NCBI GenBank assembly: GCA_965644265.1
Contig: OZ286460.1
Span: 40,610,001-40,674,000 of the forward strand
From: Glycera tridactyla
Lineage: Eukaryota
Reading direction: 5' to 3'
Length of the DNA: 64,000 bases
Part shown: in pieces, positions 37,431 through 50,115 of the stretch
Layout: every line of letters begins with the position of its first letter
Numbering within the stretch: the first letter of the stretch is position 1
Made by a program: the position numbers and the translations under genes
Notes under the pieces: generated by a model
Told to the model about the DNA's origin: nothing
The model's database searches: none
What the model saw: the letters and a program-made list of their open reading frames with translations, nothing else

Positions 37431-40400
37431 TAAAACTTGATATACATCCACTTTCACCCCAACCGTCCTTCATTTTTTCTTCTTCTCACTTTCTGTATTT
37501 TAAGCACTTTACACTTCAATATTATTCATGTCCATGACACTGGATCAAAATTAAGACATTTTTTCAATTGAAATATTCAAACTTTTTTTCTTAAAAAGTT
37601 ATAATCTCACCACAACTTGATGCTGGTATGATTCATCATCGAGTATTTTTATGTGGTTTTCATATCCACACAACTCTTCTGATAAATTGACCATCTGAAA
37701 AACTTGCATTCAGGTTGAGATAGTGCATGATGATTCTTAGTTCAACTGATTGTACAGAGTAGGTGTTTTGAATCAGAAGTTGACTCAACCCATATATCTC
37801 AGTGACAGGATAACAGACATGTTATTCTTTAGTGCTTACCCACAGTGTCAGATCTATAGAATAGAGTTGGACTATAGTGTGTTCACAGCAAGAGATCACT
37901 TATATCCCTTAAAAACCCAAGGAGACTGAGATTTTCTTACAGTAAACTCCCAATATGGGGAGAGATGGGGAGAGAATGGGAGACTTATTCCGATCTTGGT
38001 CAAATTTCTAGTTTCTTTTTATCTCGCAAGCCACTTCACCCATTGTCCTCTTAATTGTAATTTCTACTTTTTCGAGCACTACAGTCTCTCCACATTCAGA
38101 TGGGTGATTCTCAGTTAGTTTCCAATGAGGTTGTCTCAGAGTGAACCCACATCTTTCTAAGCTCGTACATCATCGTAGCTTGAATGCGGAGATTGTTTGT
38201 GTACAAACTTTTTGGAGCTGGAATCAGATCCTCACACACTCTAGCACCAGGGACATGTCCTTTGATGCTTTTTCCACAGTTTACATTTCTAATACTTTGA
38301 ATAGATTGATACTTTGTATCTGAAGAAAAATGGTCTTCTCACACAGCCCCCAATCCCTATTATTTGGTCCAGTTCGACTTGTCCCTGACACAAGCAGTTT
38401 GTCAGTGCACCGTCATATTTAAGTGCGAAGACATCATTCTTATGAGGTGCTCGTGTGGTATTGCTCACAAAAAAAGCTGCCATCCTGATAGTTCACTCCC
38501 ACATGGAGAGTTCATTCCCGATCAGTCTCAATTTGGTGTTCAGATCTCACTCTCGATGCATTCTCCGAGTGACTCTATATCATGATGGGGGTCAATTCAC
38601 AGCCAACTTTCACATGACATGGATTGAATATAGGCTCTCCATGATGTTGTGGATTATCATTCATCATTCACCCGTCTCTCTTGTGATACGCATCACTCCA
38701 ATTCTCTATTTTCTTCAAGAAATGCAATTTCTCTTCGGAGTCAACGCCATGTGAGGGAATGATATCTTGGCACTTGACCATGGTCCCTTCAGAAGTGGGA
38801 TTTTTTTCACAGAAAAATTCAAATTTTGAGGAAAATTTTGTCTTAGTATAGAATCAGGACGAGATAACATATTGAATGTGAATTGCAAACAATTGGATGT
38901 GGAATGAGCTGCCAATCATAATCTCGAGATTTAACTTCACTGTTCTTGAATATTCTGCTGGAACCAGCAGAAATATTTTGCCTTCTGGATGTGAGGTGTG
39001 ATAAGGTGAAAGGTCCATTTCAACTAGAAACAAATTTACCAACTCAAGAGAAGCAATCTGCAGAGGGTGGTTGACTGACTTGTATCTCAAGATGGCAGGA
39101 GTTGAACTGATTTTCTTTCTCTGATTATTTTCTCATCCAAGAAATACCCTGAATTTACTGGAGATCTATCAAGAAATATCTCATATATATTTCAAGCAAA
39201 ACATGGACAATTGCTCTTCTGAATATTTCTGATTTTGAAATTTTTCACAAATTTTACTCTGGTGCTTTTGAATTCTAATATTCACAGGACAATTTGCAGA
39301 AAGGGCATTACTGTGAATTGGAGCTCAGTTTTTTTTTTAAATCTTCACTTGAGGACAAAATTTTTCTTTCAAAATTTGAAATATAAGGTGTTGTAAAATT
39401 CAAAAGGATTGCAGAAATTTTTTGTTGTATTCGCTTGATTTTTAGCGTCTGTTTTTCTGTTCTTTGTTGTCATTGTGACTGGCCCATAATCTTGGTGGTA
39501 TGAGAACCAGGCAAAACAGTGGCTGATAAGTCCTTTAGAATAATGAAATGGTCTCCTTGCCGGTCTTAGCTCATTTGTTTTCAGCCATTTCTCATGAAAT
39601 TGAGCCATGGAAAATAATGTGTGAAAACCAGGTTGTTGGTTATTGATAACTGCTTTTGAATAGGATATGGTCTTTCATATGATATCAACCGATAAGGATG
39701 AATCTAACTCTGATTTCCATTGGCATCTGGAGTTGTCTGCCATTGTCCTGTGGGCTTGTTGGATTGGACCCGATGGCTGAAGTACACACAACTGGATACA
39801 TTGTGAACTCACTCGATTACTTCAGAAAGAGTAATTTTGAAAAACTTGAGAGCAGTTCTGTTGAACATTCAGAATTCTTTTTTATGAAAACATCTCATTC
39901 TGCAAACAGGAGTATCAGGTTCCCAATTATCCTTGTGAGTTTCTTATCACATTTCTTATTATCAGTATCTCTTATTGTTGTAAAATCTCGTGAAATGCAT
40001 GTTATAAGTCCTGTTATTTTGTTAACTATGGTGTTAGTCATTGCTGCATTGAGTGTTGAATTTGCACCTTTCTAGAAATAGGGGAAATAATTCAATCTTA
40101 TAGTATCCCATTGATTTAGAAATGAGGGGATTTTTAGAAGATTTAATTGCTTGAGATATTTGAAAGTTTTTGCACTTGAACTGGTGAGGAAATGAAGAAA
40201 AAGACTGTTTTGTTCAATGATCTCATGGCCAGAGTTGATGATAAGTCATTTCAGATGTAGTTTGTTACAGTTTAACTGCTCACTTGGCTCAGGAGTTCTA
40301 TTTTGTAAGAGGATGTGGGGATGTTGTGGGTGGGGATACAAGTCTGTACACAGCCAATGATTTACTCAGTTGACCTCCCCAGATTCATGTGATAATTTGG

Positions 40401-41866
40401 ACAATAGGATTGGCTCAAACTTTGGTATGGTCTCAAATTTTGTTATGGCCATGAAAGTGTCAAACTTGTAATAGCTATTTGAAGGGCTGGATTCGGATTC
40501 GCGAGTTATCATTTCGTGACCAAATAGATGGTTTACCCTGGAAGAAAATAAATGTGTTCAGGCAACTGTGAAGCGGTCAAATGAGTCTAGAGAGTTGATT
40601 GCAGGCAGAATAAACTATTTAGTTATAAATGGGTGATTATAGCCGGGAATAAATGCCGGTTAGAGACTTGTAGTTTCATTGAAGTGATCCAGTCGAATGT
40701 TGCATTCGCTGTTATAATGTCCAATCACAGCTTCTGCCAGTCCCATTGTGACGACGGCATTGTGTCAGATTGACAAATTCATAATCGAAATGTGTTTGTG
40801 TCCATTAGTGACTCGCTGGACACCGTCGCGTTCTTTTTGATGGCGATAAATGCATTATAATGGTCAGTCTCATGTCCAGTTTGCCGGATAATGAGCGGTT
40901 TTTGAGTGTCTCGCCAAACGGGATCAGACAATAGATGGCGTGGACCGCTTAATTTTGGCAAGAATGGGACATGGACAATACGTTGTTCTCTAACGTCCAG
41001 TTATGGTTGTCCGTCAGTGCCGCGTGTTACTTGCTGCAGGCGGCCATATTGATTTAGTATCCGCTATACGATTATGCGCCCATTAACGGCCAAACCAAAT
41101 TGTCTGGCGAGTTGCAATGCCCCTATTATTTCCATTAGTGTGCCCAAAAGTACTTGATATTTGGCGAGTTAGGTTGCAAGCGAGTGAAAACTGTGCTGGT
41201 CGTAGCGGAACTCGAGGTCCGGTGTTGACAATTAAATTGTCAGGATTGATATCTCTGCATGAATGGGATATTGCACCCAATCATCGGAGAAAGAATTTCA
41301 TCATACTTCTGATGTAGCATCCAACCTTCCTTCTTCATCCTGCCAATTGTTCCACATTTCAAGGTGCATGGAGACTATATTTTTGATTTCATATACTTCC
41401 ATATTTTTCACTTAACTTAGGTGTTACTTCATGCAAAATTAGTATGGGCTCACAGATCCCATGGTCCAGGAAAAAACTGGGAACACCTCTGCCACTTTTA
41501 TCTGTGTCATTTCTACAAGTATATAGATCTCAAAGTTTGAATGTTTGGTTAGGAGGGTAAACTTGTCTGTATATGTCCCCCGCCTGGTCATTTGAGGTCA
41601 GGAACAGCAATGTAGAAATTGATGACAGTTAAGTTTGTGTCAGAGTGAAAAATTGTTGGAAAATAAGTGAGGAGAAATTGGTTGGGTGAAGAAAGAATGG
41701 CCTGAGGTGAGATAGTAATGTTCTGTCAGTAGGACAAGGCATAAGAATGTTCATGGGGGTTGGGGGGCATTAGAAAACACTGTGACCATTGTACAGTGTC
41801 ATCTCGTCACGGTCATGTCAGTTCTACAATTTGTAGCATGTGACAAACTGACCTACACTATTCATC

Positions 41867-41868
<2 letters not shown>

Positions 41869-41938
<70 letters not shown>
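41869..41938. repeat. (TG)n microsatellite
   Basis: Direct read. Confidence 0.97.
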
Positions 41939-41941
<3 letters not shown>

Positions 41942-41957
41942 ACATGTGTGCGTGTGA

Positions 41958-41995
41958 TACAGTGAAACCTGTTTTGGGAGACCCTCTTTTGGGAG
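41958..41995. mobile_element. MITE left-end fragment
   Basis: tacagtgaaacctgttttgggagacc. Confidence 0.45.
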
Positions 41996-42260
41996 AGAGA
42001 GAGAGAGGGAGAGAGAAGCACAGGGAAGAACATGATGTCAGCTTGCGCCTAGTGTTTCACTCATCACAATGTGGAACTGACAGTAGCAGTGGTGAGATAT
42101 GGTTGACACAGGGAGAGAAAGTCCTCGCATCATAGATGGCAGCACCTCTCTGCTGCCGCAGCAGTTGCAGCAGCCACTGGCGGGAGGAGGCAACCAGGCA
42201 GGCGAAGCGTGGCGGTGAGTGTGCCGCACTCGAGGGCATTTAATTAATGTTACTGTCCGC

Positions 42261-42474
42261 TGGTCATCTCACAGCTTCTAATGGTCATTCTGTCACCGGT
42301 AATGTCCATCTCAGCAGATCATTAGACGCTTGACCACTTGTCCGAGGAGGCGGTGGACGTTAGAGAAAGGTGTGGGCTGGTCAGCTAATAGATTGACCAC
42401 TGACCTCCACTTAATGATTGACCAGATCAAGACTGTCCAGCCGCCTCACAATTGACCATTAGTCACACTGACCG
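42261..42474. promoter_or_regulatory. Candidate enhancer: TGACCA/TGGTCA homotypic cluster
   Basis: Seven exact hexamers plus TGACCT and TGACCG in ~210 bp; function inferred only. Confidence 0.35.
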
Positions 42475-42978
42475 GCTGTATTAGGCAATAGATTTCACGC
42501 CTAATCACCACCTTCTTCAATGTTTACACACGTCTTCCTGACCCCCACCCCCCCTCCCCCCCTTCTCCCACATAGCACCTCACATATATCCTGCTTTTTG
42601 TTTTATGAACATAATTTTGTAATCCCATCATTCAAGCTCCTTCACAGTCCACCTTCAGTGCTGTATCCAGGATTACCTAGGATTACCATTTTTATGTGTA
42701 AAAGTTGTTGTTGTCATCATTGTTATAGATGTTGTTTCTACACAATTAGTGGTGTTGTCATCTTCGTCATTGTCATTTTCATCATCGTTTTGTCTAATAC
42801 TCAAGGTGAGATTACCTGGCTGCTTTTTACATGGCATCATTAAACAAGAGTAAAGAAAGTGTTCTTTGAGAGCTAAATTCCTGGGAATGGAAATTGAGTT
42901 TATGCAGGTACATGTATTGAAAAGTGTACAGTATATGAAGCACTCAATGTATTCGAATGGCAATAGCTATCTCGTCCA

Positions 42979-43802
42979 TATAACCATTTCACTACCGACA
43001 GTGTGGGGGCTTTCTACAGCAAGCATTTTAATGATGAGCAATCACCTGCATAAGCCTGAATGTACAATGTAAATGTACATAGTAAATGATTACCTTGCAA
43101 GAATACATGGATGCCAATTCAATGCGCAAGCACCTGCATTAAGAAGGCTCTTTTTCCAGAATACCTATCTTGTCATTCAGCTACACCATGCTGGTCATTC
43201 CATCATCATTAGAGCTCCAGCAACAATAACTGACACCACAATAATATGCTGATGATGTAACTCAATATGTTAACATATTGGACACCTGTTATTGGTGTGT
43301 AGTGGTTGGGTGGGGATGGATGAGGTCCAGTAGTCACATGTTTGTCCCTGGCCGTGTCCTCACAGCACAAGCCGGTGAATTCAGGTCATCATCGATAGAG
43401 CCAGAGAGAGTGTTTATAAACAGCGATGATGTAATAGTCAAGTGTGTAAGCCAAACATTGGATGGCCCCCTGAGGAGCACGTGTGTGACCCCAGATACCG
43501 ATGATGTAACCCACGGGTAGTGAACTACTGGAGTACTCCAGGCATAATGTTATGTAACCAGTCCTAGTGCTCAATATAACGTTACATAAGTACTCCATGT
43601 TGATGGTTGTGATGATAGGTGATTGATTACACTTTACATTGTAAGTACTTGTAAGCACACTGTAAGCTGGTGAATTAGCCAGATAAGGGATGTGATTTCA
43701 CAGTTTATGAATGACTCTATGACTATGGTGTATAACAATTTCACTAATACAGTGGGAAATTTCTACAACAAGCATTTCGATGATGAGCAATTACCTGCAT
43801 AA
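42979..43802. repeat. Pair of ~75-bp direct repeats (42979-43053, 43730-43802)
   Basis: Core tttctaca(g/a)caagcattt..atgatgagcaat(c/t)acctgcataa, 39/43 identical. Confidence 0.8.
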
Positions 43803-44220
43803 AGAAGATGTAGAACACCTCATTGCCATCAATTTGCTAATATAATGTAACATGTGAACACCTGTTTTGAAAGATTAAATGCTGGGGAATTTTTGTGCTG
43901 TGGTGCTGCATGAACTCTTTTCTGATCCCAAAAGCTGAACTGTTTGTGCAGTATTCCATCTGGGAGCCTTTACTCCTAGAGACCTTACCAGCTATGTTGA
44001 AAGAGGAGGGGGTCATTCCTGATGGCATAGTGTCTTTTGAGACACCCAGGTTCTCATCTGTCTGTCTGGCTGTCCATCTGTCCATTCATCAATCCAACCG
44101 ATTTGGTTTACATAAATCTATGTGGTTGCTACATGCCACAACACTCAAGCAACCAAGCAACCAACCACCCAGATGAGAGAGATGATGTTTTAGTGTCAGA
44201 AAAAAGAAGGCACTTCATTC

Positions 44221-44506
44221 NNNNNNNNNNNNNNNNNNNNNNNNNNNNNNNNNNNNNNNNNNNNNNNNNNNNNNNNNNNNNNNNNNNNNNNNNNNNNNNN
44301 NNNNNNNNNNNNNNNNNNNNNNNNNNNNNNNNNNNNNNNNNNNNNNNNNNNNNNNNNNNNNNNNNNNNNNNNNNNNNNNNNNNNNNNNNNNNNNNNNNNN
44401 NNNNNNNNNNNNNNNNNNNNNNNNNNNNNNNNNNNNNNNNNNNNNNNNNNNNNNNNNNNNNNNNNNNNNNNNNNNNNNNNNNNNNNNNNNNNNNNNNNNN
44501 NNNNNN
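44221..44506. other. Assembly gap (N run)
   Basis: Run of N. Confidence 1.
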
Positions 44507-44610
44507 TTTCCAGCTGTTGAATGGTTGGCCTCAGGAAAGGTCATCAGTTGATGACCGGACGTTCGTTCTGTCACATGGTCCGACCTGATCGAACCCCCAT
44601 TCTGAGCTCA

Positions 44611-44692
44611 AACAATTATATATGGACAGGACAACAATCAGCCGTAGTATGCCAACAATTGCCAACAATCGGGGCTGATGGACGCAAACAAT
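44611..44692. promoter_or_regulatory. Candidate enhancer: five AACAAT (Sox/HMG-type) sites
   Basis: AACAAT at 44611, 44633, 44654, 44664, 44687; function inferred only. Confidence 0.35.
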
Positions 44693-47659
44693 CAGCGGTG
44701 ACTGGTGTGGCACAGGCTGGTCTGGCGACACATGTTACATGTCCATAACCAGCATGCATTATTCATGTCCATTCGGTAATAATTGGACATTGATGACCAC
44801 GTATGCCAGCCGTCCCATGGTCAGTCCCGTGATTTAATGCTGATTGGATGTGTGTTGCGGCCATTAGGGTTACCTGAATGCGCGGATGATTCGGTATCGC
44901 CGCTGGCGCTCTTTCCCCGATGATAACACAGGATGGACTTCCCCATTGTCATCCTCAGAGGGATATTCCTGAGATAAATGGTACTTAATAATGATAAAGC
45001 GTGCATGAAGCCATGTATGTTAGGTCCAAGAGGCACATTCAAGTCAGCATACTTCAACGAGTTATAATAGTTGGGAACACATTGAGATGTAAAATGGCAC
45101 TTGAAAATCATATCAATGTGCTCAAAAGACCCATATATTTCCAGCACATTTCATGCTCCCTGTAGCAAGGGAAGGTGGATGTTTCATTGCTTCTTGTTGA
45201 TGTTTTTTTTATATCTCCGGACAAAGAAGAGTTATTCAGAATGTCATGAGTATTTGTAGAATATGTATAGAAATGGGTATGAGTGCATGAAATTTACAGC
45301 TCATTAGTACTTTGTCTCATCAGACTGCTTTACCACATACTTGTCATCACCTCAGCCCTTGGCCAGAAATGGCCGAGGCAGTCTCGACATAGCCCTTGGG
45401 ACTTATCTCTTAAAGCATACATTCATTCATCTTTTGAGTCAGTTTGTATCATTTGAGTCATGACTGAGGACAGGGTGCATAAAACACATGCGGAGGTCTC
45501 TCATGTCAATGACCTAATTAACTGAGGTGAATCGGCGTGCATACACGCAGTGTCCAAACTCGGACAGAATGTAAGATTTATGAGGGGCATGCCTTTCTTA
45601 TCATGTCCAGGCCATGGCTTGCCAGGGTCACCCCTATCACTAGGAGCCCGAGCCCTAAGGTCACTGGGCATGTGAGCAGCTAGGGCGTGGTCATGTGACC
45701 ATTGCAGAGGGACATTGGTCACATGACCCAGAGAGCATCATGGGACAATGCGTTATCATGTTACATGTGAGCTAATAGCTATAAAGCATGTCGGCATCAG
45801 GGAAATCGGGAAATCTCCTACAAGATGGCTAATAACCGGATTAATCTTTCATGCTTCTCAGCAACGGGTCGGTTCCTCATTGATGGCCATTGTCCATACA
45901 CAGTCCAGACATTGGCCTTTATCTTGGCCTTTAATGCTGATTCTTGTCCTTATCTTTCAATCATTCCGATCAAGGAGCTCATGCTTTGATCTTGATTGCG
46001 AATCAGCAACAACATACTTTCTTATGAAAGAAAGCATCACACTCAAAGATGTACACTATTCTGGTTAAATTTTTATTATGTGAAGTTTAAAATGATGAAA
46101 TCATGCATTATGTATGAGATGAGTCATGCAATATTGTTCTGAAATAAGGATACATCCAGATGTAAATTTCAGTTTTTTTTTTTCATTATGCTACCAAAGA
46201 AACTTTCAGCATTTCAGAGTGATGGATTCGCGAAGGAAAAAGTAATGAAAAAATTCCTTGGAATGGGGTTTATTTTGTGTCTGATGGGAAGAAGCGGACA
46301 TTAGTCAATCCATAGTAGCATAGTATATGGACAATTCCAACTTATTGTTTGGAAAATGGTGAGTCCCCTTTATCTAAAGGCAACATAAGATAATCATCCA
46401 AAGATCTGAATAGATCCCTTCCGTTCGCTGCATTTAGCTGCCTGTCAATTTTTTCTTCTGCAGCAGTGATATTGGATAGAGCAGAGTCAGTTTTTGACTT
46501 CATTTAGCAATGGCGGTTTAGAGATGTTGGGCTTTTGCGTGAGCGAGCGTCAGCGGCAATCGAGGATGGGCGCCAATGTCCACACCCGCGCTGACCTCTG
46601 GTTATTGGCCATTGCGTGCCAGCGTCACACTCTGGCTTTGATCTCGGTGGACTCTAGACGGCCATTGTTTCCCACCTTGTAATGAATCCGGCTTCTCCGA
46701 TGGAGAAGATAATCCTATCACTGCGCCACCGCGCTTCACTCAAATCTAGAGGCCCATATTTTATATTGCTAGTTTTCCTGAGAGAAAACCTCTCTAACTT
46801 TCAGCACCTTCACAAATTCTGCATGTCTTAAACTCGGCAAAATTGCTCGAAAGACTTTGCTAAAGTCTGTCACGCTCTAGCATCACGGATTTGTATCGGA
46901 TTGAAATGAGACTTACTGACAATCATTGTTCATGAAAATAAAGATGACACCACACCCATCCAGCACAATGACCACATCAACAGAACCATGAACAACCGCA
47001 GCAGAGTTGGGCAGGTCATCAGTGAAATACCAGGTCAGGGTTTCGGGCACTTTAAATCTCAGACCCCTGAAGAAGGGAGACCTGGCGGCCCAGCCAAGAT
47101 TGAAAGAATCTTGACTCCTGTCCAACACCAGCCACAGCTCCTCGAAGACAGCCAGTGGATCCATGCGGATCATTGTTGACACCTCTGGCAACTAGAAATG
47201 TGATCACCAGAAATGTGATCACCATGGAGTTTATTTGTATATTTCACCCTGTGCACTGAATATGTCCATTTCATACTGGTTTCATGGCGAGTGCACTGGC
47301 TGTATCACCACTGTTTCACATACCAAGAATCGCCAATAATGTCAGTAGATACACTTTCACAGAATTGTGATAACAAAATTGCCTCTTTCGATTTAGTTGA
47401 TGGCTGGATTACATAGATTTGATTGAAATGGGCCGAGTGCCTGACTATCTGGGGTTTTACAGAGAGGCGTTGTTGATTTAATTCACTCACTTTTTACATC
47501 AGCTGACTCTGAGAGGCTTTGATCAGTGTCAGTGTCAGTCAGCCAACCAATGTACTGTGTATGGCTCAGGGTCATGGGACAATTTCACACCTGTATCAAA
47601 TCTAGACCAGTGATCCGATCGATAGAGTGAAAAATCAATGGAGACCTGATCACTTAGCT

Positions 47660-49040
47660 GGGTGCCCGTGAAGGCAAGTGGCACTTTGATGAAGTCACGA
47701 AATATAGAGGGATATGGATTTGACTCTTGCTCCACTGATTGGAATTTGCGTATCCACACGATGGAACCTACAATTGGCATTCCATTCCAAGATCTATATC
47801 AGAAAAATCTGTTTTCCTTCTCAAGTCTGCTACTGGTGAAAGATCACATCATTCAGAAGATTGGTCTTACAGAGTATGCTTCCGCACAAGGTTTTGGTAT
47901 ATTTGATCGACTTTTACATCTTAGTTCTCGGAAATGGCTAGTTAGGTTTTGTTGTACGTTTTGGCAGTGGTCTCACCAGGATGTCCTGGACGTCATATTA
48001 CCCTGGGATCAGTCCACATTGTCTTCAGGTTTGGCAAAGAGAGAACCTTAAATCATATTTCAATTGGTACCCTCTGTACAGATTAGAGTTGCGGTCATTG
48101 AGAGGGAAATCATGTTGAATTTCTTCTGTTGGAATAACTGTCATTGGGATAAGGATGGGGCTGGGTTGTTGTCTGGAAAGATAATATCAGAGCATTCAAG
48201 CAGAATTACCTTACCTTACCTTCGCTGGTCTTGTGAACCTGTAATCCTATCAGGAGTGACCTCAGAAAGGTCAGTGGTAAGGCCTTCAGGGTCAGCCTTT
48301 TGGGGTCAGCCATTCAGCATGTAACTAGGGTCATCCTCGGCCTTTCATGGGGAGTTGCTGATGTGAAGATTGAAAAATTTTGAAATGCTCCAATGATAAC
48401 ATCATGCTTCATCATGGTTGTGATTAACCCTTTCCAAAAAGCTCCTACATGTATTCAGCACTTTTGGGCACCCAAAATACCTTTTTGTGAACCAAATGTT
48501 GGTCCACGACATCCACTTTTATCCATTCTAGGTGAATAGAAGTTGAGACATGCCATATGTAGGGTGGCCTAAGATGGATGTATTGAAATCCGAGAGGCAA
48601 CCAGAGTATTTCGAGTAGTAAAGGGTCATGAGATTTAGGGTTACACGACTTCGCCTCCGATGTGGGGACTTCCACTTCTGAATGTATACACCTGCAGAAG
48701 TTGAACATTTGCGATGTCTCATCACCTGTTTCCTCCTGTTCATCCTCGTCAATTTTTATTATTTTCTGCTCATGATTCATGGAAAATATCATGCATTCAG
48801 GTAACCCTCGCAACCTTTTGGGTTGATTTCTCTCCCCGGGAATATGCAATACTCGACGTGGATAAAATGCGTAATTATAGATTGATGAAAAGAGGGACAG
48901 GTAATTGACCAATCGCATGTCTGTTTGCTTCATTGAAACCAGTCAACCATATCAGCCACTGTCTCCATCTGTGCTGACTGATATTCAATTCTTCATTGAC
49001 TTGAGGAAAGCCTTCGATGTTCATCAAGACAGTAGTTCAT
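47660..49040 (+). mobile_element. Decayed L2/CR1-like LINE ORF2 (endonuclease + RT N-part)
   Basis: Motifs in the expected order: NIEGYGF and SHQDVLDVIL (endonuclease-like); HDSWKISCIQVT...LDVDKMRNYRL; QSTISA; FFIDLRKAFDVH. Confidence 0.55.
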
Positions 49041-49439
49041 CCGGGGCTACACCAGTTTTATCCGATGATAGATGGGTGAGGGCCTGTGGTGTATGTAACA
49101 TGTAGGCCAAGTTCTCATTACATTTTATTTTTTGCATGTTTGACCTCTCCAGGTATGAATGATGAGGGATTCACAATGTCTGGATTGATTTGGTAACATA
49201 TGTTACCTGGAATTGATCAAAACCTGTCTCCGTGTATGTCTTCATCATCACAATTTTCAAAAAAAAGTGGTGAGATAATTCTCACTTGGTAGAGCATACA
49301 TTGTGAAATTTTTATCAAGATAATGCAATTGCTGGAGCAATAAGCGAATAGGATTGTATTGAAGCTGAATTCTAGATTTTTCAACTATTATCATCGCCCC
49401 AATTTCAGAGCACTCAACCAGTCGCAGTCTTCTTCTTCA

Positions 49440-49602
49440 TGTCTGCCTCTCTTTTCCTCTTTCTTTCTCTTAGTCTATCTCTTCACATTTCCCCTCTTTC
49501 TTTGTCCTTTTGTCTTTCTGTCTGTATGACTGTCTGTCTCTTTTCCGTCTCCATCTCCTCTCTCCATCTCCTCTTCTATCCTCTCTCTCTCTCACTGTCT
49601 CT

Positions 49603-49649
<47 letters not shown>
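49440..49649. repeat. CT-rich tract followed by (CA)n
   Basis: Direct read. Confidence 0.9.
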
Positions 49650-49651
<2 letters not shown>

Positions 49652-50070
49652 ATGGAGTTGAGCACTTGTTTGATGATCAACACGTGCCATGTGGTGCCAC
49701 AATAGGGAGTAACATCTGTATTTGACAGCCATTATCGGGGCGGCCACCTCGGCCATATATCTCTATTACAGCTGGCATTCACTCAATGATCAGGTGCAAC
49801 CAGTCCATTTAAAAATCCACTCAACAATGAATTCATCCCTCTTTTCAAAATTGTCAATCATCAACCCGGGCGGAGGGGTCACGTCATGTACGACAGCTGT
49901 ACAATGGATCAGTCCACTTCCGGATTTTCGTGCTGATTTTTTTTTTTTAGATCTTTGAACACAGTTTAAACTCCGGCTTCTGAAACATAGTGAAATTCGG
50001 CAGACTCACAATATATGTGTCAATAGTGTGTTATTTATTTCAATTTTTCATACAGTTAAAGCTGTTCAAG

Positions 50071-50115
50071 AGGCCACCTCAGTACAAAGGCTAGCAACCT
50101 ACAAAGACTGTCCCA
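50071..50115. mobile_element. MITE family A left-end fragment, decayed
   Basis: tacagttaaagctgttcaagaggccacctcagtacaaagg. Confidence 0.45.

Noticed and set aside
38364-38585. AVCQCTVIFKCEDIIL...HKKSC as the BCL11 C2HC finger
   Set aside because: Spacing and conserved residues do not match TCGxC...FIEHK..C; probably chance or a TE relic
39698-40075. 125-aa hydrophobic ORF
   Set aside because: No family motif; AT-rich composition explains the hydrophobicity
43031-43060. C/D-box snoRNA (ATGATGA ... CTGA)
   Set aside because: Box D too close, no terminal stem, lies within a local duplication
48200-48360. Minus-strand exon ending ag|gtaagg
   Set aside because: No open frame from a plausible acceptor; lies within the LINE relic
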